In this document: positions 48,595 to 58,912 of the stretch, one piece after another | Layout: every line of letters begins with the position of its first letter | Numbering within the stretch: the stretch's first letter is position 1 | Assembly: GCA_003635315.1 (NCBI GenBank) | Contig: PYJD01000007.1 | Span: 13,400 to 77,399 of the forward strand | Direction: 5' to 3' | Origin: Candidatus Poribacteria bacterium | Lineage (GTDB): Bacteria; Poribacteria; WGA-4E; WGA-3G | Length of the DNA stretch: 64,000 nt | The notes under the pieces: model-generated | The model's database searches: none | Seen by the model: only the letters and a program-made list of their open reading frames with translations | What the model was told of the DNA's origin: nothing | Position numbers and translations under genes: made by a program

Positions 48595-50568
48595 TTAGAA
48601 TTTCCCAAACACGCGTACAAATATCTCCATATAATTCTGGTCGTTAACATCACCGATTGCACGTTGGTCAATGTACCGTGCTCCTATATGGAGAAACATC
48701 TGCTTACGATAAGCAACGAAACTCTTTTCCATTTCTGCTAACAGTGCTTGACGAACAAAGTCATTATCATCTTTCAGTAAATCATTAAAAAGGAGTAATT
48801 GTCCACCCCCTGTAAGTTTAATCGTCTTTGTAAACTGATATACTATTTTAAGAATAAGAGCAGGTGTCATATCTCGGACATGTGCTTGCTCAATATGCCG
48901 TAATCTTAGTTCACGTGTGACATCTCTACCGTCAATCTCTCCTCTTAATTTTAGGTAATCCAGTCTATCCTCTGCCATACGGAAACCATTCCGAATGGTA
49001 TACTTAAACATAGGACTGATTTCCAGTGATTTTGATGGACGTAGTCGGTATAACGTTTTAAAGATTCCGACTTCGTAGTGCTCATTATCATTATCAAAAT
49101 CGATATCATATTGTATTTTTGCGCGGGCAGTGGTAACCATTCGTCTGATTCCCAGATACTCCCATGTAAGTTTCGCAGTGTTGATGAGATCATTCTGCAT
49201 CAGCAATGGATCAATTCGTCGTTTTTCGACTTCCGCACCACCATCAACGTAAAAGAACTGTAAATCATTGTCTTCCAACATATCTTGAATGTGTGGTTGT
49301 CTTTTAAACAGATCTTCATCCTGTCTTCTTAAGAAACCAGCATAATACCAAGTTTCATCCGGTATTTCATCTTTCACCAGTTTGAGTTCATTCTCAAGTA
49401 TAAAAGTAGAAGCTCGTGCAAGCTGCCGTTTGTATATCATAGTACCATACGCTTTACTTGATCTTGGAATATTACGATATCTATGGTTTTCCTCTATTTG
49501 CATACCAAGGTCTAAATCGATGACGCTCTGTTTATGGTATATCTTTCGATTCATGAAGAATCGTATGCCTTGTAGTCCAACATCAAACTCGTAATTTGGG
49601 TCTTTATCATTTTCCTCTTCATCTCGTATCCCGTTGTTGTTTTGATCACTTTCGTCAAGAAAATCCTCATCGACATCAAACAGTAGGATATCGTCCTCAT
49701 AATCAAAAGTTCCGTTATTGTTTTTATCGAGGTCACCAGGAATAATTAGGGAAGGTGGATCAGGAAATGTGTTATCTGAATACCTGTCCTGATCATCATT
49801 ATCCCCTACTGACCGAGAAGCATCAAAACGCGGACCGACCCGATATGCCTCAGCTTGTAGAAGTGTATCGCCGACAGTTCGGAAAGCTTTGAAAACAGTT
49901 GTCGTCGCGTCAAACCGTGAATTCAGATCTTTATATAGAGCGTTTTTAGGTGTGACGGCTATCTCTGCTTTTAATCCATAGTTGGCGAAGTTCGTTTCCA
50001 TGTCTATTGCCCAAACAGGTGTTTCCCGAAAATACCAAGAAAGTCCAAGTTGTGATTTGCCAAATTTAGTAACCTCCCGCAACCCCATTCCTGAACCCTC
50101 TATTCGTCTTCCTTGCCCACTTAACCGGTTCAGTGTTCCCGGTACCATCAGGATAGTCCAATCTGTTCGGTTGGAACGTACCTCCCATCGCACTCCGCTC
50201 ATATCTATTTGATCAAAGGTGAATTTCGTGAATGTTGTGGGAACTTCACCGAGACTCAATATATTATTTACTGTACCTGCCGTTTCTTCAATAACCAATA
50301 CACTATGAAACCCACGTCTGAAAAGACGGTCAAAATCAAAATTATCTTGTCTGACACGTTCATCCTCTGTGTCGGCAAGAAAGTTACGTCTATTGGTAAA
50401 ATCATATTCTACACGTCCCGAAAGGAATAGTTTACCGAATAGACTGTATACATCCTCAGCGTTAACATGGAAGAAGGGAGAACAGAGGAAGAAAAAAGTG
50501 AAAGGTAGTAGAATGGATTTAATTACAGTACGATGCCTAATAGAACTTTTTGAGAAGGTATTATGCAT
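48595..50568 (-). CDS. Predicted outer-membrane beta-barrel protein with acidic Dx(D/N)xNG Ca-binding-like insert
   Basis: Signal peptide; amphipathic strand pattern with a terminal Phe (FVRVFGKF); insert GDLDKNNNGTFDYEDD...DQNNNGIRDEEE. Confidence 0.6.
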   Translation of the reverse strand: MHNTFSKSSIRHRTVIKSILLPFTFFFLCSPFFHVNAEDVYSLFGKLFLSGRVEYDFTNRRNFLADTEDERVRQDNFDFDRLFRRGFHSVLVIEETAGTVNNILSLGEVPTTFTKFTFDQIDMSGVRWEVRSNRTDWTILMVPGTLNRLSGQGRRIEGSGMGLREVTKFGKSQLGLSWYFRETPVWAIDMETNFANYGLKAEIAVTPKNALYKDLNSRFDATTTVFKAFRTVGDTLLQAEAYRVGPRFDASRSVGDNDDQDRYSDNTFPDPPSLIIPGDLDKNNNGTFDYEDDILLFDVDEDFLDESDQNNNGIRDEEENDKDPNYEFDVGLQGIRFFMNRKIYHKQSVIDLDLGMQIEENHRYRNIPRSSKAYGTMIYKRQLARASTFILENELKLVKDEIPDETWYYAGFLRRQDEDLFKRQPHIQDMLEDNDLQFFYVDGGAEVEKRRIDPLLMQNDLINTAKLTWEYLGIRRMVTTARAKIQYDIDFDNDNEHYEVGIFKTLYRLRPSKSLEISPMFKYTIRNGFRMAEDRLDYLKLRGEIDGRDVTRELRLRHIEQAHVRDMTPALILKIVYQFTKTIKLTGGGQLLLFNDLLKDDNDFVRQALLAEMEKSFVAYRKQMFLHIGARYIDQRAIGDVNDQNYMEIFVRVFGKF

Positions 50569-50612
50569 ATCTATGTTAATATATTAATGGTAGACTACAT
50601 GCTAACCGATAT

Positions 50613-53600
50613 CTATCTTACGATATCTTCAGGACCGTAGGCTTCGGTAAATGTTGTCCAGATACCTGACCGCTTATCATAACGGCTTAAACCCCGATAT
50701 GTACCGAACCAGACGTACGTATTGTCTATAGACATTGATAGAATACCGTTGTGGGATAAACCTTCATCTCTTGTGTAAGTTTTCCAAGTATCTTCTAATT
50801 GATCGAATCGACTGACACCAGCGTTGTATGTGCCTATCCAGACATCATTACCATCTACACCGATGGTTGTTATTTTATTACTTATGAGTCCATTTTCTGT
50901 GTTATAGATACGCCAATCTTCTGTGTCTTCATTATAGAGTGCTACACCTTGGTCACTCCCGAACCAAACACGAGTTCGATCAATAGCAATACAACTAATT
51001 TCGTTGCTAACGAGTCCATCCTCTTTAGTGATAGTTTTCCAGATATCGCGACCAATGTCGTATTTACTCACGCCTCGACGTGTTCCGACCCAAACGTTCT
51101 TTTTGCTTGCTGTTATTGTCCATATTTCATCCGTAACAAGTGATTCGGCAAACTCCTTAGATACCGCTGAGGGTTGAATTTCACTGCCGGAGGTATACGC
51201 GATCCAAGCATTCAGGTCATCCGCGGTACGAGGGTATTTGCCAATACCTGAATTTGTACCTACCCATATATTATTTCCATCTGTACTGACAGATGTTACA
51301 TTATTCGCGGGTAATCCGTGTTCGGTTTTATATTGATCCCATCGGAGTGCGATTTTATCAAACCTGTTTGCACCATCTCTTGTACCTACCCACACATATT
51401 GTTCATCAACGACAATTGAACTCACAGCGTTATCTGAGAGCATCCCGCGTGATTTCGGTCTATGGCGATGCCAATGTCCGTCGTGTGTAGCAATTTCCTC
51501 AGAACCGCCAGTCTGTCTATAGTTCTTCCATGTACCCAATCCTTTATCATAACGGGATACACCACTGTCCGTTCCAATCCATACGAATCGTTCGTCTGCA
51601 TCCACAGTCCGTACAGTCCGTCCTGATAGCGTTGGTAAAGGAATGAAAGGTGTCCAAGATTCCTTGTGTTTATCATACCGGGATAGACCGCGTATTGTAC
51701 CTACCCATACATAATCTTTATCAACTGCCAGACCATATTCTCCTACGTGGTTATGTAGTAATCCTTCAATATCTTTGAATGCTGACCATGTCCCCGAAGC
51801 GAAATGAAATCGTCTGAGACCGTTATTTGGAACAGCCAACCAGAGATAGTCTTCATCTGCTGCAAGTTCAAGGGTTCCACGTTCAGATTTGATTGTCGTC
51901 CATTCTTGATTGAGTTTATCATATCGGGTTACTGCATTATCCCATGGTCTGTATTGAATCCATACATCGTTCTTTGTAGAAATAATCCGTTTTATAGTCT
52001 TATGTGCGAGAACATCATTTGTGGAAAATGTGTCCCATTTTTTGGTCTTTTTATTGTATCTGGATAGTGGACGATTACTATGTCTATCCCATTCGGATCG
52101 AGCCACCCAAACAAAATCTTCGTCGATTGTAATCCATTCAGCACCCCTGCCAGCTAAACCGTCCTTTGGTCTATAACCTTTCCATTCTTCTGTATCTTCA
52201 TTATACCGTATCAAAGCATCTCCGGTACCGAACCAAATTTCAGATCCGTCAACCGCAATTCCTCTGAGTCTTTCTCTTTCATCTCTCCGATCTGGTTGCC
52301 TCACAATCTTCCAGGTACCAGTTTCTTTATCATACCGATTCAACTCCTGTCCAGTCATTGCAATTATCCACACCGCTTTATCGCTAACATCAATTTTGTG
52401 CAGATCGTCTGAAGCTAATCCATCCTTCATAGTAAAATGTTGCCATACATCTTTAGCTTTATCGTATCGTAGTACACCGTAGTCTGATGTGAACCAGACT
52501 GCATCATCATCTACATAAGTCCAACGGAGTACAGTCATCGTCTTTTTCAATGTAGACTGAAAAATATCCAATCGTGTGAACCGTTGCCAGGTTTTTGATG
52601 GACGATGGAAACGTAAAATACCTCCATTGCGAGAAGATCGCCAGTTAGAAAACCAAATATAATCACCGTCGAATTTGATCTGGGAGGTTTTCTTCTCAAG
52701 TAAAGGTTCACGTACTGGTCGAGACTGATGTAAAACTTGTTCACCATTTTGGAGTTGATGTTCAATCAGACCGGTATTGGTGGCTATCCATAGTCTATCT
52801 TTATCGCAAATGATATCACGTACATTGTAAGTTTTTTCGTTCGGTATCCATTCCTCTGTTGCTATTGAATAACTACCAATTCCTTGGGGTGTACCAATCC
52901 AAAGGACACCATTTTGATAATCGAGGGCGGTTATATTCAGAGGAGCATGCTTCCCGTCAGTACTATTTTTTAACGGTATGGGTTTCCATTGCTGTGATGT
53001 ATTCTCAAATCTTGCTAACCCAGTTTGAGTGCCTGCCCAAATTGTATTTTCTGCAGATACAAGTAAGTTTACATAGGGTTTTTCAAGTCCATCTGTGAGA
53101 CGAGACATCTGCTTATCGGTAATTGAATATCGCCATATACCTTCCACACCAGTAAACCATACACTTTCATCATGAATAAAAACGGATAATATCAAGGGAT
53201 TCTTAGGGGTATCTGGGAGGGTAAGTTTTGTCCACTGTTTTGTATCCACGTCAAATACTGCAGGTCCAACATTTGTACCGAGCCAAATTTTATCTGCACT
53301 CTGAGATGTATCAAAGGACTTGTCTTGTATAGCGACAGCAGTCACAAAAGCTTCTCCTTCAGATGGTCTATAAAATGTCCACTTTTCACCGATATAGTCA
53401 CACGAACCGAGTCCTCTTGCAGTTCCAATCCAAATCTGTCCTTTACTGGATAGGACATTGGAGATCTCATATAATTCATTCTGATCAGTTTTGGGTGTCT
53501 GTGCTTTAACATCAACGGACATAATGTAAGGAGTGGGGAGACCGTCTTCCTTAGAGATTACTTCCCAAGTTTTTGTTGAGGGTGAAAATATCGAGAGTCC

Positions 53601-54836
53601 AGCTACTGTGGCAATCCAAAGGTTGCCATCCGTATCCCGTGTTATATCTCTTACATCATTGTCTGCAAGAAAGTCAGCTTGTTTATAATTAGTCCATTCT
53701 CCGCTAACCTTATCGAATCGACTTACACCATCTTCTTTACTGGCAAACCAAACATCGTTGCCTTGTGTTGTTATCCAACTCACATTATTACTTGTAAGTC
53801 CATCTGCTTTTGTGTAATGTACCCATGTGTTAACGGGTTTGATGAATCGATGAACACCAGAATTAGCCGTTCCAAACCAGACTTGGAAGCCATCTGTACG
53901 GATCGAGGTAATGAAATTGCTTTTTAGGAGGTCTGTCTTTGTATATGTCTTGATAAATGTCTGGTCAACTTGATTATATTGACTAACCCCTCTGTGTTGT
54001 GTACCAAACCAAACACTGTCATCATCTACAGCGATTGTTGCGATTTCATTGTCAATTAAACCATCTGATTTCGTATAGTTATTCCAGGAATCTGTGTCTC
54101 GGTGATACCGGCTTACACCACCTCTACTAAATCTCGGATCTTCATCCCATCCATGTGGATCAGGATTTATCTCACGATCAGTTCCAACCCACACATATTC
54201 AGGTTCAACGGCTATTGTCGTGATAATCCTGCTAACTAAACCGTCTTTTCGAGTTCGAACAGCCCAACTATCGATCGTTTTGTCGTAACGGTTCAGACCG
54301 TTTGATGTGCCAAACCAGACATAGTTGCCATCAACAGCGATGGATGATACTTTATCACTTGCCAGTCCGTCAATAGTACGAAATGTAGAAAAGGTATTTG
54401 TTTGAATGTCCAATCTACTGACACCCTCATTTGTGGCGAACCACACCGATTTTCCTTCAATGGCAACAGCGTTGACCATATCATTTGCCAATCCATCTTC
54501 CATGGTATAGTGTAGCCATTTATCTTGCGTTCGAATCCAGCGAGAGACACCTTTTGCTGTTGCAATCCATACATTATCTGAATCCGCTGCAATACAGTTG
54601 ACTTCATTACTGATAAGTGTCCGTTTAACGGTCCATGTCTGTTTGGGTTTAGCATTTGGATTGGATTCACCGTAAGGCGTATCGGCTTCAGGATCGTGCG
54701 TTCCTAACGGACCACATCCAGACATAAAGACTGAGATTACATAGATACTACATATCAATATAAGTAAGTAGAGATTTCTGAAAGTCGCGATTCTGGGAGG
54801 TATGATTATTCTCTGCGTATGCATACGAATTGACAT
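50613..54836 (-). CDS. 1407-aa lipoprotein of two-component-regulator-type (Reg_prop-like) beta-propeller repeats
   Basis: Lipobox FMSGC; many WxxYTxxDGLxxNxVxxIxxDxxxVWxGTxxGVSRYD repeats; no kinase or output domain. Confidence 0.85.
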   Translation of the reverse strand: MSIRMHTQRIIIPPRIATFRNLYLLILICSIYVISVFMSGCGPLGTHDPEADTPYGESNPNAKPKQTWTVKRTLISNEVNCIAADSDNVWIATAKGVSRWIRTQDKWLHYTMEDGLANDMVNAVAIEGKSVWFATNEGVSRLDIQTNTFSTFRTIDGLASDKVSSIAVDGNYVWFGTSNGLNRYDKTIDSWAVRTRKDGLVSRIITTIAVEPEYVWVGTDREINPDPHGWDEDPRFSRGGVSRYHRDTDSWNNYTKSDGLIDNEIATIAVDDDSVWFGTQHRGVSQYNQVDQTFIKTYTKTDLLKSNFITSIRTDGFQVWFGTANSGVHRFIKPVNTWVHYTKADGLTSNNVSWITTQGNDVWFASKEDGVSRFDKVSGEWTNYKQADFLADNDVRDITRDTDGNLWIATVAGLSIFSPSTKTWEVISKEDGLPTPYIMSVDVKAQTPKTDQNELYEISNVLSSKGQIWIGTARGLGSCDYIGEKWTFYRPSEGEAFVTAVAIQDKSFDTSQSADKIWLGTNVGPAVFDVDTKQWTKLTLPDTPKNPLILSVFIHDESVWFTGVEGIWRYSITDKQMSRLTDGLEKPYVNLLVSAENTIWAGTQTGLARFENTSQQWKPIPLKNSTDGKHAPLNITALDYQNGVLWIGTPQGIGSYSIATEEWIPNEKTYNVRDIICDKDRLWIATNTGLIEHQLQNGEQVLHQSRPVREPLLEKKTSQIKFDGDYIWFSNWRSSRNGGILRFHRPSKTWQRFTRLDIFQSTLKKTMTVLRWTYVDDDAVWFTSDYGVLRYDKAKDVWQHFTMKDGLASDDLHKIDVSDKAVWIIAMTGQELNRYDKETGTWKIVRQPDRRDERERLRGIAVDGSEIWFGTGDALIRYNEDTEEWKGYRPKDGLAGRGAEWITIDEDFVWVARSEWDRHSNRPLSRYNKKTKKWDTFSTNDVLAHKTIKRIISTKNDVWIQYRPWDNAVTRYDKLNQEWTTIKSERGTLELAADEDYLWLAVPNNGLRRFHFASGTWSAFKDIEGLLHNHVGEYGLAVDKDYVWVGTIRGLSRYDKHKESWTPFIPLPTLSGRTVRTVDADERFVWIGTDSGVSRYDKGLGTWKNYRQTGGSEEIATHDGHWHRHRPKSRGMLSDNAVSSIVVDEQYVWVGTRDGANRFDKIALRWDQYKTEHGLPANNVTSVSTDGNNIWVGTNSGIGKYPRTADDLNAWIAYTSGSEIQPSAVSKEFAESLVTDEIWTITASKKNVWVGTRRGVSKYDIGRDIWKTITKEDGLVSNEISCIAIDRTRVWFGSDQGVALYNEDTEDWRIYNTENGLISNKITTIGVDGNDVWIGTYNAGVSRFDQLEDTWKTYTRDEGLSHNGILSMSIDNTYVWFGTYRGLSRYDKRSGIWTTFTEAYGPEDIVR

Positions 54837-54889
54837 CCTTTACAACTGTGTTGAATTCATCGAAGGTGTAATCTAAGTAAGTGATTATA

Positions 54890-57220
54890 TCATTTATTCT
54901 GGGTTATGTTATACTTTATTTTCGCTTCATCTAATCCGATAAATCGACTGTAGATTGCGATATTATTTAGTCTGCCAATCCAACTTCTACTACCATTTAC
55001 TTCATCACCAAAAAGTAGTATAGAAGATTCCCAATTGCTAAAGTTGCCTTGAATGCTTTTACTTGTATAGACCAATTCTCCATCAAGATAACAGTATGTA
55101 TTTCCTTCAAAATAACTTACGATGATGTGTAAAGGAATAGTTGATTCAATCTTTCCAAAAGAGAATTCACCACCCATTCCATTTTCACCGGTACGAGGTG
55201 TACGAATACGTACTGCGATGCGGTTACTCTCCTGCCCCAAGGTGAAGTTTCGATGTGTGATATCGTTTGAGAACGTAATAATCCTGGCGGGACCAGACTG
55301 ATTCAAGTTTTCTGTAGTTATAAGACATTCAAGAGTAAATTGGTTGCTTTTTTGGCATTCATTCAGAAGGATTTCATTCACATTCTTGGGAAGAATAGTT
55401 CCGTTTGACACATCCAACTGACCGTCAACTGTAATTGCAGCCCCATCCAAGAGTTCGATTTCATTGCTCTGCTCAAGTGAACCGTTCCATAAAAAGACAA
55501 GTCCATCTTTCGAACCTGGGAATTCTTTGTATGTACCCATGTCTACGGGTGTTTTGGGTAATACGTCAATCTTAAATGCTGTCGTTGATGTTGTGCCTTC
55601 TGCATCAGCAACCTTTAAGTTTACTGTGTATTGTCCCATATCTTGATAGGTGTGGGTAGGATTTGATTCAGTGGATGTTGTGCCGTCGCCAAAATCCCAA
55701 CTATATGACAAGTTACCTTCTGCAGAAAAGTTTACTGTAAGAGGAGCACTTCCTTGAACAATATTTGCGGTTGCTTTTACCTGAGGACGGATTTTTTCAC
55801 CTGTGACATACGGTGTAAATCGATATGCAAAATCAGGGTGTGGTGAAGTAAAGGTATACTCTCCAGGTTGTGCCGTGCCGATAGGAAGGATTTTCATGTT
55901 CCATGTATCAACAGCATCAATTTTGTAGGGTTGGTCTCCGCTTAGTTCTATGGTGATATCCTGTGGTTCGGTTGTGTAGACAAGATAGTATTCACCCTGT
56001 TTAGCAAGGATATATCGTCCGGCATCATCACCAACAGGTTCAAGTGTATCGAAAGGTGGTGCATCTGCCATGAATTCTTTTAGAAAAGCAATGCGTGGGG
56101 GACTATCACCACGTAGAATACCACCTTTTGCCCACCAGAGTAGGTCTTCAGGATGTTCATAAGTTTCACCGTGACCCACATAGCATCCTGAAAGTGTTCC
56201 AGACCAAAAACGATGCACCATTTGTTGAGCATTGATGTTTCCCCATCCATGTGGTATATTTCCTTCATACTTACATTCATCATAGATGACAGGTTTGCCG
56301 TATTGGCATCGGTAGCGAATGCCGTGTTCCATGTTGGATGTCTGGATACTGGTATGCGTTACCCATGGTTTCGAATGATCATACCAACCTCTGCAGTTAT
56401 GTATTCCTCGTAAACGTTGATATGGGTCGTGATAACGGATTATTTGGAAGAAACGGTTCCAATCGGTTTCATCCTTTGATGGCATGATGTCGTATTCATT
56501 GGCAAGTGACCACCAGACATTACGGTAGGCTGCTAAACGGGCAACCGCGTAACGGATATAGCGATCATCGCTTTCGGCGTCCATGTTCTCAAAATCCCAC
56601 CTATCATAAGTATGGAAGAGTATAATGTCTGCTTCTATACCAAGATTTAATAGATCTTGAACACGTTTTTCAAAGTGCTGCCAAAATACTGGGTTGAATC
56701 TGGTGAAATCCCAATCTGTGAGTGGCTTGCCTTCATAAGGGTAATAGAGGGGTTCATTTTTATTGTATACATAGTCTTTTGGAAAGATACACATCCGTAG
56801 TTTATTGAATGGGGCATTTTGGAGGGTCTTTAACGTTTGTTCCTCCATTGCATTCCCTTGATGTGTCCATGCATAGCATGTTGTGCCAAATTGATGATAT
56901 GGCGTTCCGTCCGCATACTGTAAATAGAAATCTTTATGAATTTGTATGGGACCGTGATTTTCCTTTGAAGGTTCAACACACGTAAATTGTCCGATTTTAT
57001 TATTTAGTTCTGTTATATTACTTTTTGTTGTGTATGTCCATTCCCCAATTTCGTTAGGCATGAATCTGATTTTATAGATACCGTTCCCATCATAAAATCC
57101 ATGCGGAATAAAGGTATTATTTTCGTGTTTAAATTCGGCTGTTAATTCTACCTCTACGAACGGGTTCCCTGAATCTGGACCATTCAGTGATATTTCATAT
57201 AGTCCCCAACAATCAACCAT
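54890..57220 (-). CDS. DUF5060-DUF4038-DUF5605 (apiosidase-like) glycoside hydrolase candidate with PKD and LamG-like domains
   Basis: SGNPFVEVELTAEF...GFYDG; YADGTPY...GTTCYAW; WWSLANEYD; YDECKYEG; PKD YSWDFGDGT; LamG-like FTLECLI...GPARII. Confidence 0.8.
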   Translation of the reverse strand: MVDCWGLYEISLNGPDSGNPFVEVELTAEFKHENNTFIPHGFYDGNGIYKIRFMPNEIGEWTYTTKSNITELNNKIGQFTCVEPSKENHGPIQIHKDFYLQYADGTPYHQFGTTCYAWTHQGNAMEEQTLKTLQNAPFNKLRMCIFPKDYVYNKNEPLYYPYEGKPLTDWDFTRFNPVFWQHFEKRVQDLLNLGIEADIILFHTYDRWDFENMDAESDDRYIRYAVARLAAYRNVWWSLANEYDIMPSKDETDWNRFFQIIRYHDPYQRLRGIHNCRGWYDHSKPWVTHTSIQTSNMEHGIRYRCQYGKPVIYDECKYEGNIPHGWGNINAQQMVHRFWSGTLSGCYVGHGETYEHPEDLLWWAKGGILRGDSPPRIAFLKEFMADAPPFDTLEPVGDDAGRYILAKQGEYYLVYTTEPQDITIELSGDQPYKIDAVDTWNMKILPIGTAQPGEYTFTSPHPDFAYRFTPYVTGEKIRPQVKATANIVQGSAPLTVNFSAEGNLSYSWDFGDGTTSTESNPTHTYQDMGQYTVNLKVADAEGTTSTTAFKIDVLPKTPVDMGTYKEFPGSKDGLVFLWNGSLEQSNEIELLDGAAITVDGQLDVSNGTILPKNVNEILLNECQKSNQFTLECLITTENLNQSGPARIITFSNDITHRNFTLGQESNRIAVRIRTPRTGENGMGGEFSFGKIESTIPLHIIVSYFEGNTYCYLDGELVYTSKSIQGNFSNWESSILLFGDEVNGSRSWIGRLNNIAIYSRFIGLDEAKIKYNITQNK

Positions 57221-57677
57221 TTACTTCTCCATGTTCTGTCTTTATTTATATGTACAGTAAGTCTGATTAAAATGAGCTTAATAATGAGAAATATAAAGTA
57301 AAACCGTAAATTTGTTATACCCTATTTCAATTTCAAATATCCGAGTTATGGGATATTATCTATAACGGATAGACGTTAGGGTAATCTTAATGTTTATTGG
57401 GAATATTCATCAAAAGGAATGTAGAACTATCAATTGAAGGATAGTACAATGGTTGACGGATATACTGTTCATAATATGGACAGTTTTGTATATATTCATA
57501 TAATAGAATTAATGGAATATCTAAAGGTACCGTGAGTTCGATAATAGTATGTATCGGCTGAAAACTGTTTATGATGCATATATTGCTTATTCCGTTGTTA
57601 TGTTAGTTTAATTTATTGGCATATATATTGCTTACATTTAATTAGAAGAGTACGAAATCTAATTTGGAGGGAAGAAT

Positions 57678-58094
57678 ATGAACAGATGGAAATATATAAT
57701 CCTTACACTACCATTTTTATTTTTGACGGGGTGTGCAGCACTTTTTGCAAAACAGGAATATGTCCTTATTGACAAACCAATTTCAGAAAAGGCTGTTTTC
57801 CACGGCATGATTTATGCTATGCCTGAAATAGCACAGGTTCGAAAGGTCGTTTTTCAAGGTGAAGGAAAATATTCCAATTTTCAAATACACGTACGGGATA
57901 GTAAGAAACGATGGAAACCGTATAAAAAGATAGCGAATGCAATTACATTCCCACATGAAGTCTTTGTTAGTGCTAAGACGGATGCAATCAAAATCATCAA
58001 ACCAAACACAACAGGTTCGGGTCGTATTTGGTCTGTAGAATTCTATACAATCAGAGACAAACCCCAAGTAGAGCAAAATATGGATGAAAATTAA
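57678..58094 (+). CDS. Small hypothetical lipoprotein, paralog A
   Basis: Lipobox LTGC; GGAGG RBS. Confidence 0.75.
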   Translation: MNRWKYIILTLPFLFLTGCAALFAKQEYVLIDKPISEKAVFHGMIYAMPEIAQVRKVVFQGEGKYSNFQIHVRDSKKRWKPYKKIANAITFPHEVFVSAKTDAIKIIKPNTTGSGRIWSVEFYTIRDKPQVEQNMDEN

Positions 58095-58246
58095 TGACAT
58101 AGAATTTTTCATTCCTTATGTCTTATTTGCATATCAACTTCAGCATTGGCTAATGCATTATCACCACTTTCGCTGGAATGCTAACTATTATAAACGATGT
58201 AGTTAATCAGTCCTGAGACCCATTATACGTAGATTCAGGAAGTATT

Positions 58247-58630
58247 ATGAATAAATGGACGTTAGTATTAATTTTGTTGTTCTGGTTTTCTTTAGGAGGT
58301 TGTGCCACACTTTTACAGGAGCAGGAATATGTATTAATTGACCGACCAGTTATTAATGATCATACATACTATTATGATATTTTTTCATTACCTGAAATTG
58401 CGAAAATACGAAAAATTAGACTGATAGGTGAAGGAAAGTTAAGAAACATCGAAATCTATGTCCGTGATACAAAACAGAGGTGGCAACTGAAGCAAAAAAT
58501 ACATCAAATCAATCAATTGCCATTTGATATTCCGCTCGTTGTCAATACAGATGCTGTAAAAGTGAAAAAATTCCATACTACAGTATTTGGAGAAATTGAA
58601 ACCATTCAGTTTTTCACTGTAGCAGATTAA
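58247..58630 (+). CDS. Small hypothetical lipoprotein, paralog B
   Basis: Lipobox LGGC; shares QEYVLID.P, PEIA..RK...GEGK and YVRD with paralog A. Confidence 0.75.
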   Translation: MNKWTLVLILLFWFSLGGCATLLQEQEYVLIDRPVINDHTYYYDIFSLPEIAKIRKIRLIGEGKLRNIEIYVRDTKQRWQLKQKIHQINQLPFDIPLVVNTDAVKVKKFHTTVFGEIETIQFFTVAD

Positions 58631-58912
58631 GATAACAACATATTTTAAAAACACCTTTCTTGGTTATATATCCTACTACCCATACAATACCAGATTGTTG
58701 GAAATGTAAACTGGGTGGTTTATCTCTCTCGGTTGTTATTTGTTGCCCCAAAATGTGCATTGGTATTCTTAGCTGCCCATTTTCGTGCCAATTTATAGTC
58801 CTAACCGAATGTGAAAATACCTAAAATTGAATAAAACTTTTTATCCTGATCTTACTCATAGGTTTATATATGTATCAAAATACTGCAGTCTATCAGATGG
58901 AATACCCAGCGA

